From positions 65,660,001 through 65,724,000 of the forward strand of contig NC_045696.1 of assembly GCF_009834535.1 (NCBI RefSeq): a stretch of 64,000 nt of DNA, given 5' to 3'. This document shows positions 1 to 13,110 of this stretch, piece by piece. The stretch is from Camelus ferus. Taxonomy: Eukaryota. The stretch's first letter is position 1. Every line of letters starts with the position of its first letter. The translations under genes and the position numbers were made by a program. The notes below the pieces were generated by a model that was not told where the DNA came from, did no database searches, and worked only from the letters and a program-made list of their open reading frames with translations.

Positions 1-252
1 CAAATTTTCCTCTTAAAAAAAAAAGAAAGAAAGAAAAAATCAGGATGTAAGTCTTTATTTTTAAAAGTCGCTACAGAAATAAAACATGCTATCATGAGTT
101 CAACCGACAACAGTCTCCAACAGCACACCAGTGTATTAAAGAAAAGTTTTGGTAACTGATGTTCATAGTAATAACAGAAATATCCAAAGATATTAAATAG
201 GGAAGTTTTTTTTAAAAGGTTTCATTGAAATGGCCTCAATTATTTTTTTTCC

Positions 253-558
253 ATAAAGTACCATAGAGTCAAGAATTTAATCTCTGCTGATCAGTCTCTT
301 CTTCCACAATTACTCAGCTTTAGCAGCATGAAGACGGCCACAGACAATCCGTAAACAAATGAGCAAAGTTATGTTCGAATAAAACTTTAGACACTGAAAT
401 GTGAATTTCACATCATTTTTATCTGTCACAAAACATTCTTCTTCCTCTTTTTTTTTTCAATCATTAAAAAATGTAAGAACTACCTTCAGCTCACTTGTAT
501 AAAAACAAGCAGTGGGTGTGCTGGACTGGCCCAAGGGCTGTTAGTTTGCAAACCCCTA
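253..558 (+). mobile_element. MER58-like hAT-Charlie non-autonomous DNA transposon remnant
   Basis: Contains 'ccacaattactcagct...gccacagacaatccgtaaacaaatgagc...aataaaacttta' and ends 'tagtttgcaaaccccta', resembling the remembered MER58 consensus. Boundaries approximate. Confidence 0.6.
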
Positions 559-887
559 CCTTAGAGGAACTAATTTCAATTACTGAAAGGAAAGAAAACA
601 CTGCTGCTCATTTTTAACACTGATAGGAAAATGAGCTGGCGCTGGAAAACATGTAAGAAATTAGAGTAGGGCAGAATTGACCCCTGCATTAGAGTGGCCA
701 CAATGTTCTTAGTATATTCCAAATGCCCATGGTGTTAAGTCCAAGTGCATAATCTAGTATAAAAAGTACAAATTCCTGGGACCACCTCCAAGAGATTCAG
801 TGGATATCAAGCGGGGCTATGAATGTGTTCATAGTAAAGCTTGCCACATCATTCTAATGTTGTACCAAGGTTTAAAAACCACTCACA

Positions 888-1810
888 TTCGCAAAATACA
901 TACCTGATTAAAGACTTGAATTCAGAACATGTAAAGAACTCTCAAAATACAATGAAGTTGGTTTTTTTTTTTTTTTACAAAAGGCAAGTTTGGAACATAC
1001 ACTTCAACAAATGATATAAGAATAGGAAATAGGCACAAAGAAAAGAGGCTCAAATCATTAGTCACTGGAGAAATGCAAATTAAAGCAACACGAGATGATA
1101 TTACATACCTACTAAAATATTTAAAATTAAAATATGTATTTTGACAACATAAAGTAGAGAAAAGGATGCAGAGCAACTGGAGCTCACATACATCACTTGT
1201 GGGAATGTAAAATGGTATAGCCACTTGGAAAAACACCTTGGCAGTTTCTTATAAAGCTAAATATACATTCACTATGTGACCCAGTAACCCCACCCCAGAT
1301 GCTTACCTAAGAAAAATGAAAACATGTTCACTACCCCTTACCCCCCCAAAAAAACTGTATGCAAATATTTACAGACCATTTATAGCCACCAAAAGTGAAA
1401 ACAACCCAATGTTCGTCAGCCAGTAAGCGGATAAGCAAATGGTGGTACAGTCATACACTGGGACTTAGCAAGAAAATGGAACAAAACTACGGATACACAG
1501 AAGATGGTATCAGATGGATTATGCTAAGTGAAAGAAGCCAGACTCAAAAAGCAACCTATTGTATGATCCCATTTATAGGACATTTTTATAGAGGCAAAAC
1601 CATAGAAAACAAATCAGTGGTTGATGGAGGTGGGGGAAAAACGGTGCAGCAGTGTGGGGGAGTTATGTAACTGGTCTTTGTCTTGTTGTGGTGGTTACAA
1701 GACTACACATTTGCCAAAACCCAGAACTGCATACTAAGAAGGATGAATTTTTACTGCATGTGAATTATATACCTCAATGAATTTGACTAAAAAAGAAAAA
1801 TATAAAAAAA
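888..1810 (+). mobile_element. Old L1 (L1M-type) ORF2 3' end and 3'UTR
   Basis: Typical L1 motifs 'gaaatgcaaattaaagcaacacgagat', 'gtaaaatggtatagccacttggaaaa', 'atgctaagtgaaagaagccagactcaaaa'; ends in an A-rich tail near 1790-1810. Confidence 0.8.
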
Positions 1811-4800
1811 CACTGATATAAAGCAAGACTGGTTACAGACTGCTTCTGGTTTATTAGAAAGTTTTCACTGTTTTTATGTCAGTCTATGGTTACCAACTAT
1901 TCATATGAATACCTATGTATCTTAGCACATGTGTGTGTTTTAATGAAATAATGGCAAAAAAAAAACCCAAGTTCTTTTGTGTGTGCATGTTTGTCACGTC
2001 CCTTTAAAAGTAGTATCTGGGAACTTTTTTGTACCAGTTTCTAAATTCAAACATCTGGACATAAATGGTCTAAATAATTCCCAAGGTATATAAAACCAAT
2101 TCTCCTTTGTAGGTCTTACCCAAGATCTGGGGTATCCTAATTTTACAGTTTTGAAGCACAGAATGTCTTTAAATAGGTCATCAATTAAAAGCAATCCAAC
2201 AGCCATTCCAGTGGCTACCTCTGAAATTGCAAAAATAGCAGTGATAAGGTTTATTTTCTCCCCGATAGGTCAGGGTAGTTAATTTTAAAATACGCTCCTG
2301 TCCTTAGAAAACTGGGATTTCAAACAGAGTTTACTTACGTTTTGTGATATCATACTGCTTTTTGGTACTGAAGCAAAATTTTTATCAGTCAAAACTCCTA
2401 TGTCCCCGGAAAGAACTAAGGAAAAACCACGGCCTGTGGCTTTCTTTATGCCCCTAATACTTTTAATCTTAAACTGTCCAAGCCTCTAAACACTAGCCCC
2501 TTAAGGCTGAGTGTACCAGAGAGGAAATGTATTTTTTAGACAGAAAAAACATGGAGGCAGGAGTGTGACCTCCTGTAGTTCACCCAGTAATTCATTTGCT
2601 GAATCAAAATAAAACCTAAAAAAAGAAGCTTTTAATTAAAAAATAAAATGAAATCTATGTTAACTCTTTAACATTCACATCAAACATTATCCCTAAAATA
2701 ACTTCAGAAAAATCTCTGAAATTGCTTTTCATTATTTTTATTCCACTGCTTTAAACATGACAGTATTAATGAAACACATCAGGAGTTACTCATGTATCTA
2801 CAGAATAATTTAAAAGAAAGAGAAGAAGAGGGAGAGGGGCAGAGGATGGGAGGAAGTGGGAAGGGAGAAAGAAGAGAAGACTGAGCTGTGTGGATATGCA
2901 GTTTTAAACTTTTCTAATTCTAAGCCCCAATGTGCTGCTAATTTTTAGCCTCACCGGTTTGGTACAACTCACTTCCTCAACCTGGCTCTCAGATTTTCAT
3001 CTGGAAAATCTGCTTGGCCTAGATCTGTGGTTTTTAATGCTTTCTACTCTGAGATCCTTTTTAAAAATAGCAATTAACTTCACAGTTTCCCACAAGGGAG
3101 AAGTTGTCCTTTAACTACTTGTTTAAAAAAAAAAAAAAAAAGAAAAACACTTTTCAAATAATTAAAAGAATCTTTATTTGAAAAATAATAGCTATTTCAT
3201 TTATTAAAAAGCATTGATTCATTTAAGAAGGCACTGCATACCTGCATATAGCAATAAACTGAAAGATGTTTCTTCCCTTTTGTGAGAGGCATCTTGGGTA
3301 CACAGATGGAATTTCAAGGGTTCTCCACAACTCCTTGAACTCTTCAGGACCGCCTCTCCACCACAGTGAAGATCAGGTCCCTGCACACAGGGCACTCTTA
3401 ATTGGGAAACTACCTTCATGCCCTAGGTAGCACACAGCACATGAACTTTTTAAAGATATGTTTCTAAATTTCTTTCCAGCTTCCACATTATGCTATGTTG
3501 CTTTGCACTTCAAGAAAAAATTAAATCTATTACTGAAAAAAAATCAAAACCACAACACAGAATTTTTAAAAATGTTTTTACTAAAATTTTATTCTTAACA
3601 ATGACTACCTCCAAACCAGAAGAAAGGCGTGCATTACCTTTTTTTACTTTCTATATATCTATGTTGGATGGATTCTATTTATAAGATGCATCTATGAGAA
3701 AACAATAGAAAAAAATAGATTAGAAGTTTTTATAAATTTACTACTGGCATGATGAAATGTAATACCCATGGTTAAAAGGCATTATCTCTGCCCTTTGAGA
3801 GCTTATACTCTGAGAAGGAATATGAAGTAATTATGCCAGAGACAGGACTCCTAAACCAACAGGGAATGTCTAGTATTCAGGATTTACTCATTCATTCATT
3901 CACTTTCAAATATGTGCTGAATTATTTGCTGGCTATGTAAAAGACCTGAAGCCAGACGACGATAAAGAAAAAAGTCACAAACCTCCTAACTCAGGATCTA
4001 GCCATGGTCTCATTAAAAAACAGGCTCCTCCCCCCACCCCCCCCTGCTCAAAAGACTGCTGTGGAATTTTGAAGAAAAGAGAAAGTGAGTTTGCCCTGGA
4101 GCCAGATAATGTATCTCTCACAAACCACCATCACATTAAATGTCCTGGGGTTGTGATATGCTTTAGATCTCTGGGACTACTTGATCAACTTATTGCCCAG
4201 ACAATTTTGTATCTTTCCCCTTAAACTTCTGGATTTATGCCATAATTTAATTTACCCCATTATGCCACTGGAGTATCCTGGACCTAAAATGAATCGATGC
4301 TTTCTAGGCATATTTCTGAAAATGTGTTAACTTTTATCTTTCTAGAAAGAAGGCCTGCTCTCAGAATAGCTAGCTATCTTTATTTCAAGAAATATCTCTA
4401 CCAAGTGCACCAATTTCAAATGCTAATTCTGATTGTGTGTGGGCGCGCATGAAGTGTAAACCAAATGTGGAGACGATGGAACCTTCCATCTGAAGGACAG
4501 TAAGAATACGTAATACATAATAAAATTCCTTACTGCTATAAGGAAAGAAAAAAGAAGGCTGGCCTTGGGAGAAGATGGGACGGTTGGTACATAAATGCTA
4601 AATGGTTAAAAGTGGGAAAACTCTAATGACTACAAAACTGCAAAGGGGCTAATAAAGTTTCAAAGGGTCTAGGAATGACTTTGATGGACAGGTCAAGTCT
4701 CTCAGAGCAAAACTTTAAAGATAATGTGAAACCTTTGTTAGATGGGGTAAAGGGCGAGATTATAGCAACTGGTGAGCAACTCAAACCAAATAGAGAATGG

Positions 4801-7549
4801 AATCAGCCTCGAGAGAGCACAAAGAAAAGTAGGGGGTCTGGATTGTCGTTTCAGAAAAAAAATTCAGCAAAGAAGCTAAAATTGACCAAAAATCTAAATT
4901 TGTTAACTAATGAAAAGTGCTCCCTTTTTAGGGAAAAAAGAGCTCTGATCTAAGCTAAAAAACTTTCAGAACATTGGAATGTTTGTCTATTTGCAAATAC
5001 CTTGTCTAACATTCACAAACTGCATGATGCATTTGAGTTATACACCTACTGATTTAAAAAATGGCTAAGAATTATTTCAAATCTTGTTGCAGAGAACCTC
5101 AGAAGAAACAATGAAACAGAAATAAAAAGAAATAAACAATTCTTAAACAATGACAATGGTTACTTCCACTACAAAAAGTATGCAGATGTTCCAAATATGC
5201 TTTTAAGCCAAAAATAATGGTGTGTGTTGACATTTAGTTAGACCTCATTCTTTTCACTACATATGAACTCAAACATGTGCCTCCGTCTCCTATGTTAAGA
5301 GAGATTTCCTAAGGTAATAATATTGCTGGAGTTATTTTTTTCAAAGGTGTGTGCAAATGATGAACATCTCTGACCAGTTTAAAACTAAATAAGCAAGCAA
5401 CCTAGGAAAAAAAAAAAAAAAGCTTTCAAATATTCCCTTTCCCTGCTGTCAGCTGCTACCATGACCTCCAATGATGTTCACAACAAAGGTCCCAGGGCTC
5501 TCCACCCCCTCCTAAAGAAAAGGTCAGTGGTAACGGGCAGACATCCATTGCACTATTCTTCTCAATCTCTACTGGAATCTACCCCATGATCTCAAATTTT
5601 AATTGTCTATTAAGGTTTAGATTGTTAAGAGAAGTAGGAGAGAAAGATATGTGCCAGAATACTAAGCAAATTATTACTAAATTTCCTTTTCAAACTGAGT
5701 TGGAGGTTCAATATTAAGAACAGTCTCAATGTTTGTGTGTGTTTTACTCAATCATGGGCACCAACTTTATTTTCTTTAATTAGGGTCCATAAATATTGTT
5801 AGGGAGTAACTGGGCCATAATTAAGAGTTATATTACCTAAAGATACACTTTATTAGATGTGACTACTTCCCAGATCAAAAAACAATCTACCATTAGGACG
5901 TTTCTAGTACAGTACATTACTTCCTTTGATGATCTTTGAATCAGAAAAATCAGATGCTTACAGAGACAGTGATGTTCTCAACAATTTCGGACCACCTTCA
6001 AAGCAAATCAATATTTAATTCTAACTTAATGAAACAGCCACATAAATTTCTTTACCACTTTACCAATACTATGGAAACTGGATTGCCTGACACCATATTG
6101 CACAAAATGAAAGCCAATTCAAATGTGTTAAACTTGAGTTTAGCAATGGAAAAATCCTGCAGTTATAGGTGAAATCCTTCAAAAAGAATATACTAGAATA
6201 AACCATTCATGTCTTGGTTAGAAACCAGAAGACCTAAGAGTCATACAAATGCATACACAGAAAGTGAGTTTCAAGTTTGTTTCGGGTAACTGACATGTAT
6301 AGGGAGCTAGATAAAATCATAACACTACATGACTAATACTTTACATATTAAGGTTGTGTTTGAACTCCAGTTCTCATCCTACTCATCACTCACCCCCAAG
6401 GAAGCGCTACACACTTTTTTCTCTAGAGACATCCCCTCCACCACACACATACAAACGCACACCTCTCCTACCAGTAAGGTTAAGGAGAGTCTCAAAGACT
6501 GCGACTTTGCCTTTCCTATAACTCAGGCTCCAGTCCTGACAGTGCTAAGAAGAGTACATTTACATGCGAATGCCAGAATCTTCACCAAAGCCAGGCTGGC
6601 TGGGAACTAAAAGGTTGAAAAACACCACTTGCTAAAATCTCAGGCCTAAACTCTATTATCCTTCAGGAACAATAGGACAAGCCCATAGCCCCATTAAAAA
6701 TTCTACATAAAACCAGAGATTCTGTCTCCTAGTGCTTGGAACTCTGGGAAATAAAACAGAGAAACTTTCTTCATATTCTAGGGTCAGCCTGAGCACCCAC
6801 AAGCCTATTTGAGTCAAATCAGGTTGGCAGTAAGACACACAGTTCCAAGAAAGCAAAAGATTCTTACTTTCAATTCCACATTCCCAAGACAACTAAGACC
6901 ACAGGAGTCAGCTGAAACAAATGACATCCACAACAGAGACAACCTTTGCAAGCCCGGATAGCACCCTGAGACTTCCATGCTCCCTAGGGCTAAATAATAG
7001 CCAAAGAAAACTAAATATTAAGGCGGTCCAGTACCCAAGGCCTCATGAAAACAAAAACAAAACAAAACAAAACAAAAAACTAGGTCTTGAGGATGGAAGG
7101 GAAGTCAACGGGCTCTTGCTAGTAGCCAAGCAAGACCTGTAGTAATTAATCTTGATTTTCCTGCTCATCAGTGTAGCGAGGCAGTGAAAATGAAGGTCAC
7201 AGTCAGTCCCCTGTCCCCCCTCGCTCACTGCTTTTTGTGAAGAGAATGTTTAGAACAGCTTTCCGTCCGCCTGCCCGTGCTGGGCAGTGCCCAGACTAAA
7301 CTTTTAAACCTGGAGGAAGGTGGGAAAGTCAGCCAGCCAGACGCAGGGCTAGGAAAAGTAGACAGAAGGAGGGAAAGAGTCAAGTTTCAAAACAAAGGCT
7401 CCACACGGAACTGAACGTCAACCCCTCCCCACTTTCCAGCCTTCAAGCCAGCTAGGCTGGGCCTTAATTTTTCAGAACACAAGTAAGTCAAATGTACCCA
7501 GTTGTGGTGCGTTCACTACGGGCACTGCTAGTCCCTAGGACATTTGCAC

Positions 7550-7675
7550 AACCACTTGATGCGAGTGGTGCTTGCCTCTCTCCCCCCCATCTCCTTACAT
7601 AGGAAAAACCCGAGGCTCAGAACGTAAGTGACTGGCCCAAGGTCCCACAGCAGACCCTGAATTCGATTCCCTTCC
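7550..7675 (-). mobile_element. MIR SINE fragment
   Basis: 'gaggctcagaacgtaagtgactggcccaaggtcccacagc' matches the reverse complement of the MIR core. Confidence 0.55.
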
Positions 7676-8550
7676 CGGCCAGGGCAGCCCGGACCAGGTG
7701 GGCGCCAGCGAGGGCGGCGGGGCACGCCGAGACGAGGCCCCCGCCCGGAGCAACGCCGGGCTGGGAACCGGAGGGGCCCCGCGCCCGCGCTCCACCGCCC
7801 GACTCCTACCTTCTTTGACTCCTGGCAGCTTGGACTGGTCGATGCCGACTTCAGCCATGTTGGCCCGGGGTCCAGGTTGCCGTTGGCCTCCCGCTTCCCG
7901 GCCGCCGCCGGCACCAAGCGCGGCCCCGCGCCCAAGAGCAGCAGCAGCGCCCGACGCGGCGCAAAGTCGGGCCGGCAGCTCGCGCGGGTCCGGGGAACTG
8001 AGCGGCCCGCCGGGCAAGGACTGGCGACAAAGGCGGCGCGAGACGGGCCCGGCGCACCAGGCTGGCAGCCCAGCTGCCCGGCCGCAGCCACCTGCTCCCG
8101 CGCCCCCGGCCTTGATCGATACCAAATACCCGGAGCCCGGAAATGGACCCGGGCCGGCCAGTACGGAGGCGGAGAGGAGACAGAAAGGCTGGCGGGCGGG
8201 CCTGGGTGGGGAGGGGGAGGGAAGCTGCAGGTCTGTAACCGCAATCGCGAGTGGCTGGCGAGAGAGGATCGGCTCCCGCGGCCGCCTCCCTGCTGTCTCC
8301 TTTGTGCCGAGTGACGCGCCCGAGGCTGGGGCCCCGCTGTGCCCCCGCCCCCGCGCCCGGCCTCCCTCCCAACCGGGGGTCGCGTCTTTCCGTGGGGGCT
8401 TTGTGTCCTGAAGGCCTCCGCAGAAAGGCCGCAGGGGTCACCCTGAACCCAGTCGTTACTGTCGCCTCTGTAGTCACCATTCTGTCGGCTTCCACAGGAT
8501 GCTTCCTGTGTGCCTGGCTCTCTCAGGCACACTTTGCTTCCCGGGATTAG
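7660..8550. promoter_or_regulatory. CCDC50: CpG island / CCDC50 promoter and 5'UTR (candidate bidirectional promoter)
   Basis: Abrupt very GC-rich, CpG-dense block with GC boxes (e.g. ccccgccccc near 8343) surrounding the CCDC50 start codon. Confidence 0.9.
7810..7858 (-). CDS. CCDC50: CCDC50 (coiled-coil domain-containing 50, Ymer) first coding exon; the gene continues off the left edge
   Basis: Minus strand from ATG at 7858 reads MAEVGIDQSKLPGVKE plus 1 nt (49 nt), then donor GTAGGA at 7809-7804. Matches the recalled CCDC50 N-terminus MAEVSIDQSKLPGVKEV, in the expected head-to-head position with UTS2B. Exon 2 not found in 1-7800. Confidence 0.95.
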
Positions 8551-9390
8551 AAGAAAGATAGTATACGGGCATAAAACAAAAACAAAAACAAAAACAAAAA
8601 CCCTCTACTACAACGTCCAGAGCTAAAGAGTAGCTGGTAAAAACCTGGGCCAGTTTAGAGAAGAGTGTTCACGACCAGCTGGGGGAACTGAGTCATTCAT
8701 TCATCAGAAATGCGTGAATGTCTAGCAAGTGTGATGTTCGGTACTGAGGGTGGTAACAATATTTCTCAGACATCTCTGTCTTCTGGCATGTCACACATTG
8801 GACTAGAATTGTGACATGTTTATCTCCCCGAAATAGACAGCATCTCCTGGCAACAGAATTCTCCCACCCTTTGGGAAGCCCTCCTCGGGCTCTTCTCCCA
8901 AGCTCCTGCAATCAAAATCTCACCACTACCAGCACCCTTCCTCCCTCACCCACATACATTCATCTAAGGATGAGTGTGTGACCAAAAAGGTCAGGCAGAC
9001 TACTCTGGGATTACTACATGAAGAAGGACAGAAAAGCATTCTATTTCTTGTGGAGAAGGTTTGCTCTTTCTAGTAGGCAATGAAGCCATGCTGAAGACAG
9101 AAGCCAAGATAAGAAGAGAAAGAGAGGAAGAAGGTGTGTTCTGATGTTACCACAATAGTGAACCCGCAGGTCCCTGCAGCAGCTGGGATTCCTGCTCTGT
9201 GTTCTGGGGTCTACCCCCCACCGTCCTCTCAATTCAAGCTAGTAAAATTACTATATTAAACTTGTAAAAGTTGATTTTGTCACTCAGAGCTCACAGTCAC
9301 AGTATGAGAGGCCACATGGAGGAGGCTTTATTTGGACTTGACACTGAAAAAATGGGCAGACTTTAAGCTAGCAAAAAATTAAGAGCAGGC

Positions 9391-9586
9391 CAGAGGGTGG
9401 CAAACCCTGGCCCACAGGCCCAATCCAGCCCACTGGATTTGAATGACTGCTTTTTAATGTGTTTAAATGATTACATTTTAAGTGGTTCTGTAAATACAAC
9501 ATAATATTTTCAATTTTGCCTCTTAGGTCTCAAAATACAAAATGTTTACTATTGGACCCTTTTCAGAAAAAAGTTTGCCAACCCCT
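9391..9586. mobile_element. MER58/Charlie-type hAT MITE
   Basis: Termini 'cagagggtggcaaac' and 'gtttgccaacccctg' are imperfect inverted repeats; internal 'aaaatgtttactattggacccttttcagaaaaaagtttgcc' is typical of this family. Confidence 0.65.
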
Positions 9587-9744
9587 GTGGTAGGCAGACA
9601 GAACACCCAGTAAATTAAATGTGTAAATAGGAAGGCAATAATATTAGAAAAACAGTTTTTCATGGGGATTTTGAAGTTCCCTGCCTTCTGTGATTTTTTT
9701 TTCAAACTTCCTGTGGTCACAGAGAATATTTAGAATAGCATTTT

Positions 9745-10570
9745 TGTCTGTTTCCCTCCCCAAATCTATTGTCTTCACTTCTCTGTCATGCTCTGCCCTG
9801 GGAGGTTGACATTTATGAACAGATCACCAGGGCCTTCTTGCCCTGTGGCTTCCTTTTGAGTTCAACCAATGCGTAGCACTGGCAGAAGATCAAAAGAAAG
9901 GAGGCGAAAAATATCAGGGTGTGTATTTTTTTTCATATTTCAAATAGTTTAATTTTTAATATATTCTATTCAGTGCTAAAAAATGTCTTCCCTCCCTGTT
10001 GCCCATTTCCATTTTCTGAAACATTTTTGAAACAAAAAATAAAATCACGAAGTTCAATGGAACATGCAGATTTAAAAAAAAGAGAGAACTTTCTAGAAAA
10101 TCTGAGCTGAAGGATTACTTTGGGGATGGATACTGTTGTCAGAACCTCTGATTCTTGCTGGGGCAAAATTTGTGGCAGGAGTGCTGGGGACTGTGGTGAG
10201 GGGCAGGGAATACTGGAATGAAATGTTCAGGTGGAAATAGGAAAGCTGTGTGTGTGCATGCGTGTGTGTGTGTTGGGGGAAGGACATGGTTATAGTGGGA
10301 GACAACCGTAACCTTTATGCTAGGCTAAAATTTTGGTCCCGTACTGCATCCCTTTGACTACAATGCCTGTCTAGAGCCTCATTCCCACAGTGCCAGCTCT
10401 AGTGGGTCGCTAATTATACCATTTCCTTCAGGCCTATGATGGTTATGGCTTCATGTTGCTAGTTCCCTTCACTGTACCCACACCTTTGGAAGTAGTCCCT
10501 TCATTTTAGCTTTTCCAGTTAAACCATTTTGAGTGTGCCTTCTGTTTCCTGCCTAGACTCTGACCGATAT
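9745..10570 (+). mobile_element. ERVL-class LTR (LTR33-like), fragmented
   Basis: 5' part 'ctctgccctgggaggttgac...ccaatgcgtagcactggcagaagatc' and 3' end 'ttttgagtgtgccttctgtttcctgcctagactctgaccgata' resemble LTR33. Confidence 0.5.
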
Positions 10571-11608
10571 AGTAAGATATGCCAAAGATTCATTGCTTTG
10601 TGTTTCTTAAAAATACCTACATTTCTTATGATCAGTCTCTTAAAATCATAAGACATATTAATCTATTCATATGATCGCCATGTTCTATTCTCCCATCCCT
10701 TCTTGAACCTGTTCCAACCATACTTTTTAGTTCCACCACTCCAAAAAAAAAAAAAAAAGCTGTTTTCATTAGAATTAACAATGACCTCCACATTGCCAAA
10801 TCCAGAGGTCAGCTCTCAGCCATCCTCTTATTGGGTAACTATTACCATGTAATAGATTTGATCCTACCCGTCTTCTTGAAATATCTTTTTGTTTCAGTTT
10901 TGTTTTGTTTTGTTTTTTCTTTTTGCTGATCTCATTTATCTCCCAAGATATTTCTACACCAGTAGCCACATTGTTGAAAATGACCTAAACTGATGAAAAC
11001 TCCATTTGGGGGTTCTTCTGGATAGTGGTATCTGCCAATTATTGGAGATAATTATAGGCTAACAGTTCTGCCCAAATTGTTTCTACCAGGTTACAAAAAG
11101 TATGTCTAAAACCAAATTCTTAGATGTATATACACACACGTTTATTAACAAGTAGGTACAAAAAGTCTGAAAATATGCTCTGAAAACTTGATAAAGTCCC
11201 AATTTCTTATCCTTTTATGAGCTCTAACTACACAGTTCATAAAAGATTTGTACAAACACAGACATTATTTTGGAATCATGCTTGGGCACTGCTGCAAAGA
11301 GTACAGGCTGAAAGGCTTCCTTGGTTCTTATACCCTATTCAAACAAGAAAGGAGAATTTCTTTTGAATATTCTTTTGAATATGCATGTCTCTACATATTT
11401 CAAATACCCACAATTTTAAACTCATTTCTAATATTCATTGAATTATGCTATAAAAGCTCTGCTGTTAATCTAATATTTTAAAAAAATTACCTTAAGCTCT
11501 TATAATTTCCTTTAGAGTAGCCTTCTGATAATATCCCAGGTTACAACATCTGCAGTTTACACTCCTAGATAGAAAAATCACCCACCCCTAGAATGTACAC
11601 TGAAACTA

Positions 11609-11636
11609 AACACACACACACACACACACACTCACA
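11609..11636. repeat. (CA)n microsatellite
   Basis: Run of acacac... read directly. Confidence 0.9.
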
Positions 11637-11965
11637 CTCCTGTATCACATTCTTTAGGGGATCCTCCCAATTTCCTGGACCTTTAATGTTCGAGTGTTTC
11701 AGACAGCCTTTTAGTTCTCAAACTATCCTTTCCCAACTGTTTTTTTACTTTGGGTGAGTCGTTGTCTCTTTGCTTTAATTGCTTACTCTCACGGTAAATG
11801 AAATTTCCAATATGGCACCATTTTGACTGAAAAAATTAACAACGTGGTTCAACCTAATATTCTGACAACTCCTAAATTTATATTTTCAACCCAAACTCTC
11901 CCATGAGTTCCATATTCATATATCCAACTGCCTAGTTTTCATATTCATTTGAATGTTTAATTAAT

Positions 11966-13110
11966 TGTTAGGGGCTGAATATCTATGTCCTCCTAAAAGG
12001 GTCTTTGGCCCAATTCCAATGCGTGTGTGGAGGCTATCCCACACCAACAAACAGTTCCTGAACACCAGCAGGGTGTCTGAGAATTTTACTCAGTTCTGAC
12101 ACTATCTACCTGGAGATAAAATCAGATTCTACAGGTAAAGGACTCAGTCACACAAAACCACCCTCCACTTTAGACTTTAATCACAAGCCCAGGTTGTTAT
12201 CTGTGCTTCTGACCAAATTAGAGATTCCAATGACCCCCACCTTGCATTCGATTAATTTCCTAGAAGTTCTCACAGAATTCAAGAAAACCATTTATGTCCT
12301 AGAATGCCAATTTAAAGATACAAAGCAACAGCCAAATAAAAATATACTTAGGGTTAGGTCCTTCAAACAAAGGAGCTTCTGTTCTCATAGAGCTCGTGGC
12401 CCCACAGCATGACACGCAGACAGTGCTTGGTTTCCCAGTGTGGACGCTCTCAAAACCTCGTCCTTTTCGGCTTTTATGGAAACTTCACTACAGTGTCATG
12501 ATTGATTAAATCATTGGTCATTGGCAATTTATTTAACCTTCGGTCCTTCTCCCCTCTCTGGAGGTCAGAGTGGAATTTAAAGTTCCAGCCCATGAATCAC
12601 AGGACTGGCAATGAGCCTCCATCATTAGATGAGGTCCAAAAGTCACCTCAGTAACATAATGCAACACCTTTGTTGATCTCATCAATCAGGAAATTTCAAA
12701 GGTTTTGGGAGTTGTGAGCCAGGAAACTGTCATCCGAATGACCAAATATATATATTCTTATAAATCATCATATCACAACCCCCAAGATTCATATGTTGAG
12801 ATCCTAATCTCCTGTGTGATGGTATTTGGAGGTGGGGTCTTTGGGAGGTGATTAGGTTTAAGTGATGTCAGGAGAGTGCCCTGATAGAATTAGTGTTTTT
12901 ATAAAAGAAGAAAGACCAGAGCTCACTCTCTCTGTCATGTTAAGTCACAGACTGAAGGCGGTCATCTGCAATCCAGGAAGAGAGCTTGCACCAGGAACTG
13001 AATCTCCTGGCACCTTGATCTTGATCTCAGATTCCAAAACTATAAGAAATATCTGTTGCTTAAGCCACCCAATTCATGTTATTTCATTATAGCACCCAAG
13101 CCGACTGATA
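11966..13110 (+). mobile_element. MaLR LTR (MLT1A/MST-like), interrupted by a nested LTR
   Basis: Starts 'tgttaggggctgaatatctatgtcctcc', resumes at about 12779 with 'cccccaagattcatatgttgagatcctaatc...gtgatggtatttggaggtgggg', and ends 'ttatagcacccaagccgactgata'. Confidence 0.7.
12000..12778 (-). mobile_element. MER21-like LTR nested in the MaLR LTR
   Basis: Reverse complement of the right end reads 'tgtgatatgatgatttataagaatatatatatttggtc', like the MER21 5' end; internal 'ttctgacactatctacctggagata' motif. Confidence 0.65.

Noticed and set aside
4675..4953. 92-aa Lys-rich ORF in CCDC50 intron 1 (opposite strand)
   Set aside because: No recognisable domain; A-rich composition explains the open frame. 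May be an old LINE fragment, but I could not assign it.
7528..8550. Several long overlapping ORFs (99-334 aa) on both strands
   Set aside because: Stop-codon scarcity in a GC-rich CpG island, with low-complexity G/A/R/P translations. Only the 49-nt CCDC50 segment is a recognisable coding exon.
11359..11382. Short tandem duplications (tcttttgaatat x2 here; aacttctgct x2 near 51517-51536) and homopolymer G/C runs (17301, 59344)
   Set aside because: Ordinary slippage products.
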